Shown: one piece after another, positions 45,101-54,045 of the stretch
Numbering within the stretch: position 1 is the first letter of the stretch
How the letters are laid out: the number at the start of each line of letters is the position of its first letter
Origin: a virus
Taxonomy: Duplodnaviria; Caudoviricetes
Virus record (IMG/VR): IMGVR_UViG_3300012665_000831
Span: 1 to 55,026 of that record
DNA: 55,026 nucleotides
Strand: one strand, 5' to 3'
The notes under the pieces: generated by a model
The model's database searches: none
Seen by the model: only the letters and a program-made list of their open reading frames with translations
Told to the model about the DNA's origin: nothing
Translations under genes and position numbers: made by a program

Positions 45101-46247
45101 TTATAGGACCCACATAATAACTATGTCCTAATACTAACAATCCATCTTCTTGTTTATCAGCATTGTAGTTTAACATGAATTTAGGCAAGGAGTTTTTAAC
45201 ATAGTTAATACCTTCCCACCAAATTGCATTTGCATCTGTGCCCTTATAACCTTCAATGAACCAAGTGTCAAATTCACTGTACCAATCTTTAGTTGCCTTG
45301 TTTGATTGGAACCAATTATCGTCCCAAGTGGTGTACAGCATAGATCGTAGTACTCTCTCGTGATAAGTTCTATAGTGTTTAATTACTGCATCAAGTGTCC
45401 ACATAGATTGCTTTTCAGGAAATGCTTCCAACCAGTTCTTTATCACATGTGCCTGTTTGGTTAACATTTTTAAACACTCAGGGCTCCAGTAGAAAAATTC
45501 TACAGTACTGTTAGTATATTCTTTAATGTGTTCTGCCACAGTCACGATGTTTGCTGAACGATCAGAAAATCTTACAAAGAACTTACCATCTAATATATGT
45601 GTTCTAGGCTTTTCAATTCCTAGTACTAGGGCAATCTTTTTATCTTTGTCAAACTGCTTACGAACTTCAGTGAAGTGTATGTAATTAAATCTAGTGGAGC
45701 CTAACGGATTTAGTCCTTCACGTTTGTCTAGCACCCAGCTAGCATCACCTGCTTTTTCTAAACTGTTGAACAAGTTATCACTTAGGTCCAATATGTTTAT
45801 CTTTGTGCGGGGGATTAGGTGCTCTACTTCTTTTAATCTAGGTACTGTGTTTAGTTCGTGCTCGGCGGCAGCATGTTCTGGTGCTAATACAGATGCGTCA
45901 ACTGTGGTAAACTTGCTGTTAGCTTTAGTCATTGTGTTGACTACAATTTCGTCAATGTGTAGGCCTTGACGAATAAAGCTCATTAGAATGTTATGACTAT
46001 CAGCACCGCCGCTATAACTTAGCATGATATAATCGTACTCTTCTCGCAGTTGTCTAGATCTAGCGTCATATAGCTGATCCAAAGTTTCAACTGGTTCAAC
46101 AGACCAATCGTGTGCGGCAAATATACTATTATTAAAATCCCAAGTGACTTGCTTCTTTACTTTGGCACCGTATAAGTAGGCTTGTATTTTTGAATCAAAT
46201 GTTTGCCCATCACATCGATAGTATCCTAGTTTGTAATTTATGTTCAT
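45090..46247 (-). CDS. PP-loop (AANH)-like protein
   Basis: LSYSGGADSHN; GIEKP. Confidence 0.72.
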   Translation of the reverse strand: MNINYKLGYYRCDGQTFDSKIQAYLYGAKVKKQVTWDFNNSIFAAHDWSVEPVETLDQLYDARSRQLREEYDYIMLSYSGGADSHNILMSFIRQGLHIDEIVVNTMTKANSKFTTVDASVLAPEHAAAEHELNTVPRLKEVEHLIPRTKINILDLSDNLFNSLEKAGDASWVLDKREGLNPLGSTRFNYIHFTEVRKQFDKDKKIALVLGIEKPRTHILDGKFFVRFSDRSANIVTVAEHIKEYTNSTVEFFYWSPECLKMLTKQAHVIKNWLEAFPEKQSMWTLDAVIKHYRTYHERVLRSMLYTTWDDNWFQSNKATKDWYSEFDTWFIEGYKGTDANAIWWEGINYVKNSLPKFMLNYNADKQEDGLLVLGHSYYVGPINVR

Positions 46248-46253
46248 ATAACT

Positions 46254-47006
46254 TTATTTTTTAATAAATGCAATAATAGCTGAAGCTGGATCAAATTCCC
46301 ACCACAAGACTTTGGTGCTATACTTGCCAGCATTTGCATGATGATTATTATGCCAAGCGTCTCCAAGTATAAAAGGCCACAGCCAAATATTATTAGTACT
46401 GGTATCTCGGGTTTCGAAGTTTCTATGACCGTGCATGTGAGCAAAATAATTAAAACAGTTTTGACTTAGCTGTACTAACATAACTGGCAATACCCATGTA
46501 AAATAAATTAGATCGATATTGATAAAACTTAAAACTATTATCCATGCAAGTATTATAGCAAAATACCATTTATTAATAAAGAGGTGTTCCTTAGTCATTA
46601 GCTCTTTTACTAAAAAAACTTTCATCTTACCACTGTGGGTTTCAATGTGTTTAAATCCAAATAGTTTAAAACCTAAGTTATGAGGACTATGCGGATCATC
46701 TTTTTGGTCTGAATAGGCATGATGTAACCGATGTACATATACCCATCCGAGTGGACTGCCGCGACCTGTAAGGATAGCAACTAACGTGCAAATCCACTTC
46801 AGTACTATGTTTTTAAATTCAAAAGACTTGTGACTGTAGTATCTATGTAATGTAAGGCTTACACCAATGATACTATATAGATAAAAACTTATAGTTGTTA
46901 TTAGAATGTTTTGAAAAGTGAAATCAAAATAAAACAACCCAACAACTGCACACAGACTTGTGATTAGTTGAACCTTGGTAATTGTGGTTGCGCTTGCTGA
47001 AAACAT
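46254..47006 (-). CDS. Delta9-type acyl desaturase (second copy)
   Basis: HRYYSH, HRLHH, HNNHH, DPHSP; start reassigned to 47006. Confidence 0.92.
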   Translation of the reverse strand: MFSASATTITKVQLITSLCAVVGLFYFDFTFQNILITTISFYLYSIIGVSLTLHRYYSHKSFEFKNIVLKWICTLVAILTGRGSPLGWVYVHRLHHAYSDQKDDPHSPHNLGFKLFGFKHIETHSGKMKVFLVKELMTKEHLFINKWYFAIILAWIIVLSFINIDLIYFTWVLPVMLVQLSQNCFNYFAHMHGHRNFETRDTSTNNIWLWPFILGDAWHNNHHANAGKYSTKVLWWEFDPASAIIAFIKK

Positions 47007-47010
47007 AGTA

Positions 47011-47027
47011 TATTTATAAACTAAATA
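47011..47027. promoter_or_regulatory. Divergent late promoters
   Basis: TATAAATA on minus (47011-47018) and TAAATA on plus (47022-47027). Confidence 0.7.
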
Positions 47028-47043
47028 TTTCAAGGACACAAAT

Positions 47044-47667
47044 ATGATAAGTTTCTTTCCAGCTAGCATTCAATCGATACCGTTAGACATTCCAAAAATA
47101 GCAGTGGATGATGTTAACCGTTGGAGGGACCTCTATATGTCGGCTCGACGACCTCTTACTAAAACAGGTATCAACCACAACGGCTTTGACGGTGCTTGGG
47201 TAGGGATGGATATATATCGAGGCCCTAACTACGATGCTTCTAAGGATATCTACACATCTCCATATGTTGACTGCTCTGAGTTATTTCCAAAAATGATAAA
47301 AACAATTTTGGATCATATCCCAATGGATATCAATTGTGTTAGATGCGCTACTAGTGTACTTCCGTTTATTCCACATCACGATTACTCAACACCAATATTG
47401 TCTTGCAGGACACTACTAACAGATCAAAATACCAAACCAAACTTTTTTTATATAAATTCAAAAAATGAAAAAGTATTTCAACGAATGCCAACTGAGACCA
47501 ATACATGGATGTATGATGATAGTGAAATGATGCACGGGTCTGATAAGAAACCCAATCTATTCAAGGCGTTGTTAATGTATTATGGCAAACCTAATCCTGC
47601 TAAGGTTACTGAACTTGCTATTCGTAGCATGGCCAGATTCTCAGAATATGTGATAAAGGTTGATTAA
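47044..47667 (+). CDS. Cupin / 2OG-Fe(II) oxygenase-like protein
   Basis: PHHD...HGS candidate HxD...H triad; AAGGA RBS. Confidence 0.55.
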   Translation: MISFFPASIQSIPLDIPKIAVDDVNRWRDLYMSARRPLTKTGINHNGFDGAWVGMDIYRGPNYDASKDIYTSPYVDCSELFPKMIKTILDHIPMDINCVRCATSVLPFIPHHDYSTPILSCRTLLTDQNTKPNFFYINSKNEKVFQRMPTETNTWMYDDSEMMHGSDKKPNLFKALLMYYGKPNPAKVTELAIRSMARFSEYVIKVD

Positions 47668-48169
47668 ATATTATACTATGATTCCACAACAACGCACACT
47701 ACCCGAAGCCCCAGTTCAAGAACGAAAAATTAAAGATACAGTTGACAAACTTGGCAACTTAGTAGAGCTACATTGGAGTTTGACCTTAGGCGGCAACGAA
47801 TGCTTTACAATGGTACTAGATGTTTACAGCGAACTACTAAAAAAGGGTTGGGCTAACTCAGACGTGGTGTTTGACAATAAAAACAGAATCATTTATGCCA
47901 AGTACCCAGATGGCTCTATTGCCGGCGGGATTGTTTTTAAATATTTTGAAGACTTAAGAACTGGATGGATAGTGTTGAGTTTTACAGCACCTGAACACAG
48001 GGGTAAAGGTATCAACGGCTTGTGTCACGAATTTGTAGAAAACGAATGCAAAAGATTAGGGGCAAAATCGATAGCTAGTTTTGTACATATCGACAATGCC
48101 CCACGTTTGGCTGCGGCTAAAAAAGTTGGTCTTGAGCCGCAGTATTACAGAACTTACAAAAAATTATAA
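47660..48169 (+). CDS. GNAT acetyltransferase
   Basis: FTAPEHRGKGIN, VHIDN, KKVGL; alternative start ATG 47678. Confidence 0.85.
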   Translation: MIKYYTMIPQQRTLPEAPVQERKIKDTVDKLGNLVELHWSLTLGGNECFTMVLDVYSELLKKGWANSDVVFDNKNRIIYAKYPDGSIAGGIVFKYFEDLRTGWIVLSFTAPEHRGKGINGLCHEFVENECKRLGAKSIASFVHIDNAPRLAAAKKVGLEPQYYRTYKKL

Positions 48170-48466
48170 TTAAATAGTTTCTTGTTTGTTTACAGTTTGA
48201 ACAATACCGTTTGTTCTATTATGATCATTTTTTGCTGTACGGAATGTAACAACATCTGTTTCTTTTGAAAATTCATCGAATGAAGCAAAGCTATCCCAAA
48301 CTGCAATATAGGAAACAGTTAGTTTGTCATCGCTTAGAGTAGATTCCTCGCTTAATAATTTACCGTTTAATTTTGCTTCAGTTGCTTTCTCTATAACTTC
48401 GGCAGGCCTGCGATGAAATGCTACTTCAAGGCTTGGTCTAGTGTGAACCATTGTAATCTTATACAT
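48170..48466 (-). CDS. Small hypothetical protein (possible dimeric alpha-beta barrel)
   Basis: 98 aa; AAGGA RBS; YIAVWDSFASFDEF. Confidence 0.7.
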   Translation of the reverse strand: MYKITMVHTRPSLEVAFHRRPAEVIEKATEAKLNGKLLSEESTLSDDKLTVSYIAVWDSFASFDEFSKETDVVTFRTAKNDHNRTNGIVQTVNKQETI

Positions 48467-48476
48467 GTCTTTATCC

Positions 48477-49409
48477 TTATGCTGATTTAATTTTGTTGAT
48501 TAAATCGTTGCTAAAGTAATCTGCATATTTTGTGTAAACAACTTCAGTAGCTGTTTTAAACTTATCAGTTTCACTTGCAGACATTTCAATAACACGATTT
48601 CCCAGTGTTTCCTTAACACTAGCAACGTCAACAATACTTTCACGACGTTCGATACGAGCAGCATTTAAAGCCGCATCTTTCATAATTTCTTGTGTAGCTG
48701 TATCTAATGTATCCCAGAACCCATTAGCAACAATAATTGATGTTAGGAACAAACTGTGCGCAGTATCGTTTACATAGGCAAACGACTTATCTTGCTCTAA
48801 CGGAATAACGCGAACAAATGTACTTTCGCCAGCATCGATAACTCCAGCGCGAGCCGCTTCGTTCATTTCTTCTAATTCAACTGTATCAACAGGTGTAGCA
48901 CCAACTGCTAGGAATGTATCAACTGCAACTGGGCTTCTTGCTGTGCGAATCTTTGCACCCTTGAATGCATCAACTGTAGCGTACTCTTGCTGAGAAGGAA
49001 CAATTCTAAATCCGCCACTGTAGGTAAATGCTAGTCCGCGAACTGCTGAACTTTGCTCTAAACCTTCTAACAAGTACTCACCGATAGTGCCTTCTAGTAC
49101 ACGATCTGCATGTTCGTGATCGCGGAATAGGAAAGGAAGATCTAATACAAACATGTCTTTGTTATAATGACCTAACCATGTAGTATACATTTGGCTCATT
49201 TCAACTGTGCCGTCTTCCATCAACTGTAAAAGATCATGCTTAGTTACTTTCTTGCCGTTGTTATACTTTGTAGTATAGTCAGTTAGTGACAATACTTCAA
49301 TGTTAATGGCGCCGTTAGTCTGCTCGCTGACCTGCTTAGAGAAGCGATTAGCCGCTCTTAAAAAAAGATCAATTGGTTCGTGTGCGATTACCCAGCGAAT
49401 TGTTTTCAT
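48477..49409 (-). CDS. dctP: TRAP transporter DctP-family solute-binding protein lacking a signal peptide
   Basis: QTNGAINIEV, LDLPFLFRDHEH, FKGAKIR, GVIDAGE. Confidence 0.85.
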   Translation of the reverse strand: MKTIRWVIAHEPIDLFLRAANRFSKQVSEQTNGAINIEVLSLTDYTTKYNNGKKVTKHDLLQLMEDGTVEMSQMYTTWLGHYNKDMFVLDLPFLFRDHEHADRVLEGTIGEYLLEGLEQSSAVRGLAFTYSGGFRIVPSQQEYATVDAFKGAKIRTARSPVAVDTFLAVGATPVDTVELEEMNEAARAGVIDAGESTFVRVIPLEQDKSFAYVNDTAHSLFLTSIIVANGFWDTLDTATQEIMKDAALNAARIERRESIVDVASVKETLGNRVIEMSASETDKFKTATEVVYTKYADYFSNDLINKIKSA

Positions 49410-49475
49410 ATTTCCCACTCCTAGAAAGGATTCCTTGTTGTATTTATTTATCAGTTTTGAATGTTGAAATCTGTA

Positions 49476-50729
49476 TTACCAGTCTTTTTTGTAATCTATA
49501 AGGTTACTTTTAATAAAGTCTTGCACGTTAGGGTTGTCGATATATAGCAAATTATAATTGCTATCCATACCAAATCGAGCATTTGGGCGTAGGTCAGTTG
49601 GTATTCCTATAACTGATTGATCGTGTACAATGCTTAAACCTAGGCTTTCTAGCTTGATTTTAAAGTAAAAATACCAGTCATTTTTATCAAGATCGTGGAT
49701 ATAGCGTCTAGCTGCCATCTTATAACTAGCAGGACCAAAGTCTATCTTTTCTCGATTGTTATTGTTAGCCATACTCCATCGCTGGTAATCTGTGCCGTTA
49801 AACCAATTGATAATTCCCTGCTTGATAGCACGTTCGCAGGGTATACGATCGTTGTAATATATTGCGCCGCGCACACTACAGTTTAGATATTTGATATTAA
49901 AAATCATCCACCAGAAGTAGTCATGTAAACTTTGAATAGGAACCGTGCTAGTTTGTATGTTCTTTTCAAATTTATCATAGAAGCTTTCAGCAAAGTTAGG
50001 ATTACTTGCTATACTAAAATGCTGTAAGATTATATCTTTGTATTCTGAATAGTGTACATCCGCAGATGTTAGTTTGTTTTTAATTGCTTCTAATCTAATT
50101 TTCGAAGTTGAACTTACATTATCCAAATACTTGTCATAATTACTGTACAGTGTTAGGCCTAATGCTGTTCCAAATATGCAATCACCTTCGTCTGCTGTAA
50201 TAGCAACATAACCAGCCTCCATCAGATCGTCGTATTTGTTTTGAGAACTATCTCTAATCCTAAACTTTCCCCAGATGAAGTTCTTCCAGAACATAGGATT
50301 TTCAATAATGGCATGTGAGCTAGCACACACGACTATATGATTTAGTTCTGCCGGAGTTAGATTTTTAATTAATGCAGCCATGATAATAGTGCTGTCTATG
50401 CCGCCAGAATACATGACAGCAAACATTTCGCTATTGTCGTTTATTCGCTTTTTAATTTCTAAAGCCCGTTCGTCAGTAACCTGTTCGAAGCTCTTGCCAA
50501 AGTTAGCATCATATGCTGGCATCTCAAATCCCGGAGGTATCTCCTGCTTCCAAGGAATACTCCATTCACCATTGCGTGTAACGAATCTATTAGGGTTTAT
50601 GCGTTCAGCGAGATCTAGCATAAAGTTTCCACCTTCGCCAAGTTCAGGGCGAAGTCCATTCCAGAATTTATCCTGATAACCGTTAAAGATAATACTGCTA
50701 AAATATAGTGTTGAATCTTTTTGTAGCAT
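49476..50729 (-). CDS. Asparagine-synthetase-like PP-loop protein
   Basis: VMYSGGIDST and ITADEGDCIFG (compare AsnB SGEGADELFG). Confidence 0.78.
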   Translation of the reverse strand: MLQKDSTLYFSSIIFNGYQDKFWNGLRPELGEGGNFMLDLAERINPNRFVTRNGEWSIPWKQEIPPGFEMPAYDANFGKSFEQVTDERALEIKKRINDNSEMFAVMYSGGIDSTIIMAALIKNLTPAELNHIVVCASSHAIIENPMFWKNFIWGKFRIRDSSQNKYDDLMEAGYVAITADEGDCIFGTALGLTLYSNYDKYLDNVSSTSKIRLEAIKNKLTSADVHYSEYKDIILQHFSIASNPNFAESFYDKFEKNIQTSTVPIQSLHDYFWWMIFNIKYLNCSVRGAIYYNDRIPCERAIKQGIINWFNGTDYQRWSMANNNNREKIDFGPASYKMAARRYIHDLDKNDWYFYFKIKLESLGLSIVHDQSVIGIPTDLRPNARFGMDSNYNLLYIDNPNVQDFIKSNLIDYKKDW

Positions 50730-51496
50730 TAGACTGCCCTTAACGTAAATGAATTATCGTATTCTAAATTTTTTAACTTAACGGGCTGAGCCATTCCTAC
50801 GAACTTATAAAATATTTCTCTGATGTGCGGCGTTGCACCTGTATGTTCTGCAAACATATTTTCAATATGCACCAGCGCCTCTTCAACTGTATCTGATTGA
50901 TATAATATTTGCTTAACTGTGTTTACTATACCATCCGGTGCTGTTGTTTGATCTGCCGGTACTTTAAATTTATCAGGAATCATTCCGGGCATATACGTAT
51001 CTAAATAAGACTTATGCGGAACTATATTAATCAATGCACTGGTAATTTTAATAGCATGACAAATACGTAAGCAGAATAATGCATACTCTTGTAATTTTAT
51101 TAGAGCGGCTTTTCGATCTTCCCTCAGGTAATCCATAGGCCATCCTGCTCTATACACTACACCTGCACCGCGAATCTTTTTCATACTTGGTGTTTGTCTT
51201 GCTACAAGAATATTAGCACCGTGTATTGACATGTTTGTTTTATCTTTTATTGTAAACTCAATACAAGTATCGTTGTTTATAATAGGAGTTTCGTCTCCTA
51301 GCAGGACAACCTGGGTAGGAAGTTTCGAAGATAATACTTCTGCTACTTCTAATACTACCCAAGTATCAAAATGATCCGCTAGAATAAAACGGTCTATCCC
51401 CGGAGAATAGATTAAGTGTCCGTTTACTTTTTTAAAATTTAACGGGTAAAAACTGGCATGCATGCCTTCTGTTACGTTAAGCCATGGTTTGTTCAT
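50729..51496 (-). CDS. Hypothetical protein coupled to the AsnB-like gene
   Basis: TAATG overlap; TAAATA-N4-ATG at 51496. Confidence 0.72.
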   Translation of the reverse strand: MNKPWLNVTEGMHASFYPLNFKKVNGHLIYSPGIDRFILADHFDTWVVLEVAEVLSSKLPTQVVLLGDETPIINNDTCIEFTIKDKTNMSIHGANILVARQTPSMKKIRGAGVVYRAGWPMDYLREDRKAALIKLQEYALFCLRICHAIKITSALINIVPHKSYLDTYMPGMIPDKFKVPADQTTAPDGIVNTVKQILYQSDTVEEALVHIENMFAEHTGATPHIREIFYKFVGMAQPVKLKNLEYDNSFTLRAV

Positions 51497-51500
51497 GAAG

Positions 51501-51534
51501 TATTTATTGACCACTATCTATCTCTAGTTAAATA
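51501..51534. promoter_or_regulatory. Divergent late promoters
   Basis: TAAATA on minus (51501-51506) and plus (51529-51534), each 4 nt from an ATG. Confidence 0.68.
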
Positions 51535-51538
51535 CTGA

Positions 51539-52033
51539 ATGTTTATAAAACCCTTAGAAAAGATTGTTGATTTTGTCCGCTTTGAAAAAGAGATACTTGA
51601 TATTATTACACAAGTGGGCTTTAGACAAAATCAAATTATATGCCAAACAACAGATGTAGACTCTACTGATTGGTACACTGGCATAGGCCGTATTGACTTA
51701 TTAGAGCATACTAATGAAGAATTGTATTCGCAAATCAATCCTATGCTTAAAGGTACAATGCTTGCTGAGATTATTGAAAAGTACCAAGGATTCCGCACCC
51801 GTATCATGTGTATGAATTCACGCTCATGTTATTCTATCCATAGCGATCCTACACCTAGACTTCACATCCCGTTGATTACTAATAAAGGTGCTTGGATGGT
51901 TTGGCCCGATAGTTCTGTAACAATACATTTACCTAGAGGATATGTTTACTGGACTGATACTACACAACCACATACATTCTTTAATGCAGGTATCGAAGAT
52001 CGTATACACATTATAATGGGCGTGAAAATATAG
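51539..52033 (+). CDS. Aspartyl/asparaginyl beta-hydroxylase-like 2OG-Fe(II) oxygenase
   Basis: RTRIM...SIHSD...RLHIPLITN...HTFFN...RIHI. Confidence 0.82.
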   Translation: MFIKPLEKIVDFVRFEKEILDIITQVGFRQNQIICQTTDVDSTDWYTGIGRIDLLEHTNEELYSQINPMLKGTMLAEIIEKYQGFRTRIMCMNSRSCYSIHSDPTPRLHIPLITNKGAWMVWPDSSVTIHLPRGYVYWTDTTQPHTFFNAGIEDRIHIIMGVKI

Positions 52034-52035
52034 TC

Positions 52036-52063
52036 AAAAAAATAGGACCCGAAGGTCCTATTT
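52036..52063 (-). terminator. Rho-independent terminator with cUUCGg loop
   Basis: AATAGGACC-TTCG-GGTCCTATT-TTTTT between convergent genes. Confidence 0.88.
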
Positions 52064-52523
52064 AAACGTACCAAATTTCCTTAAAGCCTTCTTCTTCAGT
52101 TGGCTCTTCCCAATTATCAATCATACCTTGAACAACACCCCAGGGGATATCTTTTCCTGGACGACTAGCTAGACGTTCTTTTAGTACATCTAACGCCGGA
52201 GTACGGAATACAATCGCAATATGCTCATAGCTCGGAAGCATATTAAACTTACGAGCACGACTTGCGAGCGTAGTGCTAGTTTGATCCCAGATTACAGTAT
52301 GACCATGCTCACGTGCAAACACAGCTTGCTCGGCCATTAGGTTAACTGCTGTGGGCATGTAATCCTTAAACACTTCTGTGTAAGTCTTACCTTGCGCCTT
52401 TGCATAATCTTCTACAAACGGATCTGTAGAAATTACAGTTAAACCCAAAGCCCAAACTTGGTCCTTAATCCAAGTACTCTTGCCTGCGGCAGGAACTCCA
52501 ATTAATTGATAACACTTAGGCAT
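52062..52523 (-). CDS. P-loop kinase (AAA_33 / polynucleotide-kinase-like)
   Basis: GVPAAGKST, ISTD, VIWDQTS, ERLASR. Confidence 0.85.
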   Translation of the reverse strand: MPKCYQLIGVPAAGKSTWIKDQVWALGLTVISTDPFVEDYAKAQGKTYTEVFKDYMPTAVNLMAEQAVFAREHGHTVIWDQTSTTLASRARKFNMLPSYEHIAIVFRTPALDVLKERLASRPGKDIPWGVVQGMIDNWEEPTEEEGFKEIWYV

Positions 52524-52531
52524 ACTACTCC

Positions 52532-53137
52532 TTACATTGTTGGGCCATTGCCGCTCTTAAAACCTACTGAGCCACCTTCAGATTCGATGCGGGCAATGAC
52601 ATCTTCAAATAAGATAGGAGCAAAGTCCGGAGTCTGTTCTACACAGACACAGTGGTAGCGCACATCGTTTTCGTCACTGTATAAGATTTCTCCTGTACGT
52701 GCGTCAACACCGCGAGCCTTCTTTACACGGTTTGCATGAGTGTGTCCGTGAATGTTAACTCCAAACCTACCCATACTATCACTATGTAACGGAATGTGGC
52801 TTAAGATCATTCCGTTCATAACATGGTATGCTCGTAATTCTCTAAAGTACATTCTGTACTCGTCATCTCTGAAGATGTCGTGGTTACCGCGAATTAATAC
52901 CTTGTCGCCGTTTAAACGACTTAATACCTTTAATGCCTTGCGGTTAATAACCACATCACCTAAATGGTAAACTTTGTCAGTGGGCTTAACTCGTTCGTTC
53001 CACGCTTTAACCATAGCTTCGTCCATTTCTTCTGGATCGTCCCACGGGCGTAATTTTGTAACACCATCGTTACGTGTAAAGCGGCATACACCTGTGTGTC
53101 CAAAGTGCGTGTCGCTTACTAAGAATACACTTGGCAT
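52532..53137 (-). CDS. Calcineurin-like metallophosphoesterase
   Basis: SDTHFGH, LGD, GNHD, SHIP, HGHTH. Confidence 0.92.
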   Translation of the reverse strand: MPSVFLVSDTHFGHTGVCRFTRNDGVTKLRPWDDPEEMDEAMVKAWNERVKPTDKVYHLGDVVINRKALKVLSRLNGDKVLIRGNHDIFRDDEYRMYFRELRAYHVMNGMILSHIPLHSDSMGRFGVNIHGHTHANRVKKARGVDARTGEILYSDENDVRYHCVCVEQTPDFAPILFEDVIARIESEGGSVGFKSGNGPTM

Positions 53138-53152
53138 ATTATGCTCCTTTCT

Positions 53153-53326
53153 TTAATAAGTTTCTTTTACAATATCAAATTGGTCAGCGGGCCATTTAGC
53201 TTTGAACTCATCTGATTTAACATATTCATTGTATGCTTTAGCATCAAAAAATACTTTGCTGAACACAGTTTTAAAAGTTCCTTTTGGGTTTATAGTCAAA
53301 TAAACCGATTTAGCTTTGCCTGCCAT
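53153..53326 (-). CDS. Hypothetical protein
   Basis: MAGKAKSVYL...; AAAGG RBS; promoter upstream. Confidence 0.72.
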   Translation of the reverse strand: MAGKAKSVYLTINPKGTFKTVFSKVFFDAKAYNEYVKSDEFKAKWPADQFDIVKETY

Positions 53327-53353
53327 TTGATACCTTTCGTTGTTTAATATAGT

Positions 53354-53382
53354 ATTATAACACAGTTTCAATGATCAGTCAA
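53354..53382 (-). promoter_or_regulatory. sigma70 promoter
   Basis: TTGACT-N17-TATAAT. Confidence 0.8.
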
Positions 53383-53842
53383 CTGATCTAAATGTGCGCC
53401 AGTCATCAATGTTTGGCTTTTCGTCGGCATCGTAAGTCCAACCCAAGGCCTTCATCATACGATGTTTGACTAGCAAGTTGGGGCTACGAAAACGTTCTGT
53501 ATCATTGAAGCCCATCATGACTCCAACTTCACAAACCGCACCCGAACGGCAAATCCCTGCATAGCAATGGACAACAACATTCATACGATTGTCTAATGCG
53601 TGTTGTAGCAAACGAACAAGCTCTGCAGCCTGCTCATGACTACACTTCATTTCTTCTTCCAGCACATGGTCTTTTTCTTCTACATCCAAAAACTCAAAGT
53701 TGTGACGCTCTTTGAATTGATGCTTGGCCTCTGGGCGCCAGCTGGCCGGATCCACAATACTGATCAACATACTATTTGGGCCAGCATCGTGATGGAATCC
53801 AATTGGGATATCACTTGCGGCTACATTTTCAATCCATGGCAT
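53375..53842 (-). CDS. Cys-based (PTP/dual-specificity) phosphatase
   Basis: VVHCYAGICRS (CX5R). Confidence 0.88.
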   Translation of the reverse strand: MPWIENVAASDIPIGFHHDAGPNSMLISIVDPASWRPEAKHQFKERHNFEFLDVEEKDHVLEEEMKCSHEQAAELVRLLQHALDNRMNVVVHCYAGICRSGAVCEVGVMMGFNDTERFRSPNLLVKHRMMKALGWTYDADEKPNIDDWRTFRSVD

Positions 53843-53850
53843 AATGCCTC

Positions 53851-54045
53851 CTAACAGTCTACATCTATTTTACGACCCTTGTCTAAATCCAAACGCAGAT
53901 TTCGAGAAACTCGTTCTGCTACAATCTGATCAAATCTACGTTTTTCAATTACCTTGCGGTAGTCTTCGTCACGTTTATCTTGCAGTTTTCTTTGCTCAAG
54001 ATTGTATTCGCGGATTCGACATTGATCAACTTTTGATATATTCAT
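53851..54045 (-). CDS. Hypothetical protein
   Basis: 64 aa; ATGA overlap; ends DKGRKIDVDC. Confidence 0.68.
   Translation of the reverse strand: MNISKVDQCRIREYNLEQRKLQDKRDEDYRKVIEKRRFDQIVAERVSRNLRLDLDKGRKIDVDC

Noticed and set aside
39485-50729. Calling the SGGxDS proteins QueC because queD is present
   Set aside because: They lack the QueC C-terminal zinc-binding Cys motif and YGQRH, are longer than QueC, and lie far from queD.
38200-52033. Classical lasso-peptide/RiPP cluster
   Set aside because: No short leader-core precursor, transglutaminase-like B peptidase or PqqD/RRE was recognised, and the intergenic gaps are too small to hold a precursor.
52010-52037. Minus-strand TTGACT-N16-TATAAT antisense to the beta-hydroxylase gene
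   Set aside because: Suboptimal spacing, and the -35 is partly formed by the terminator T-tract; may be chance in AT-rich DNA. Only start-site mapping could support it.
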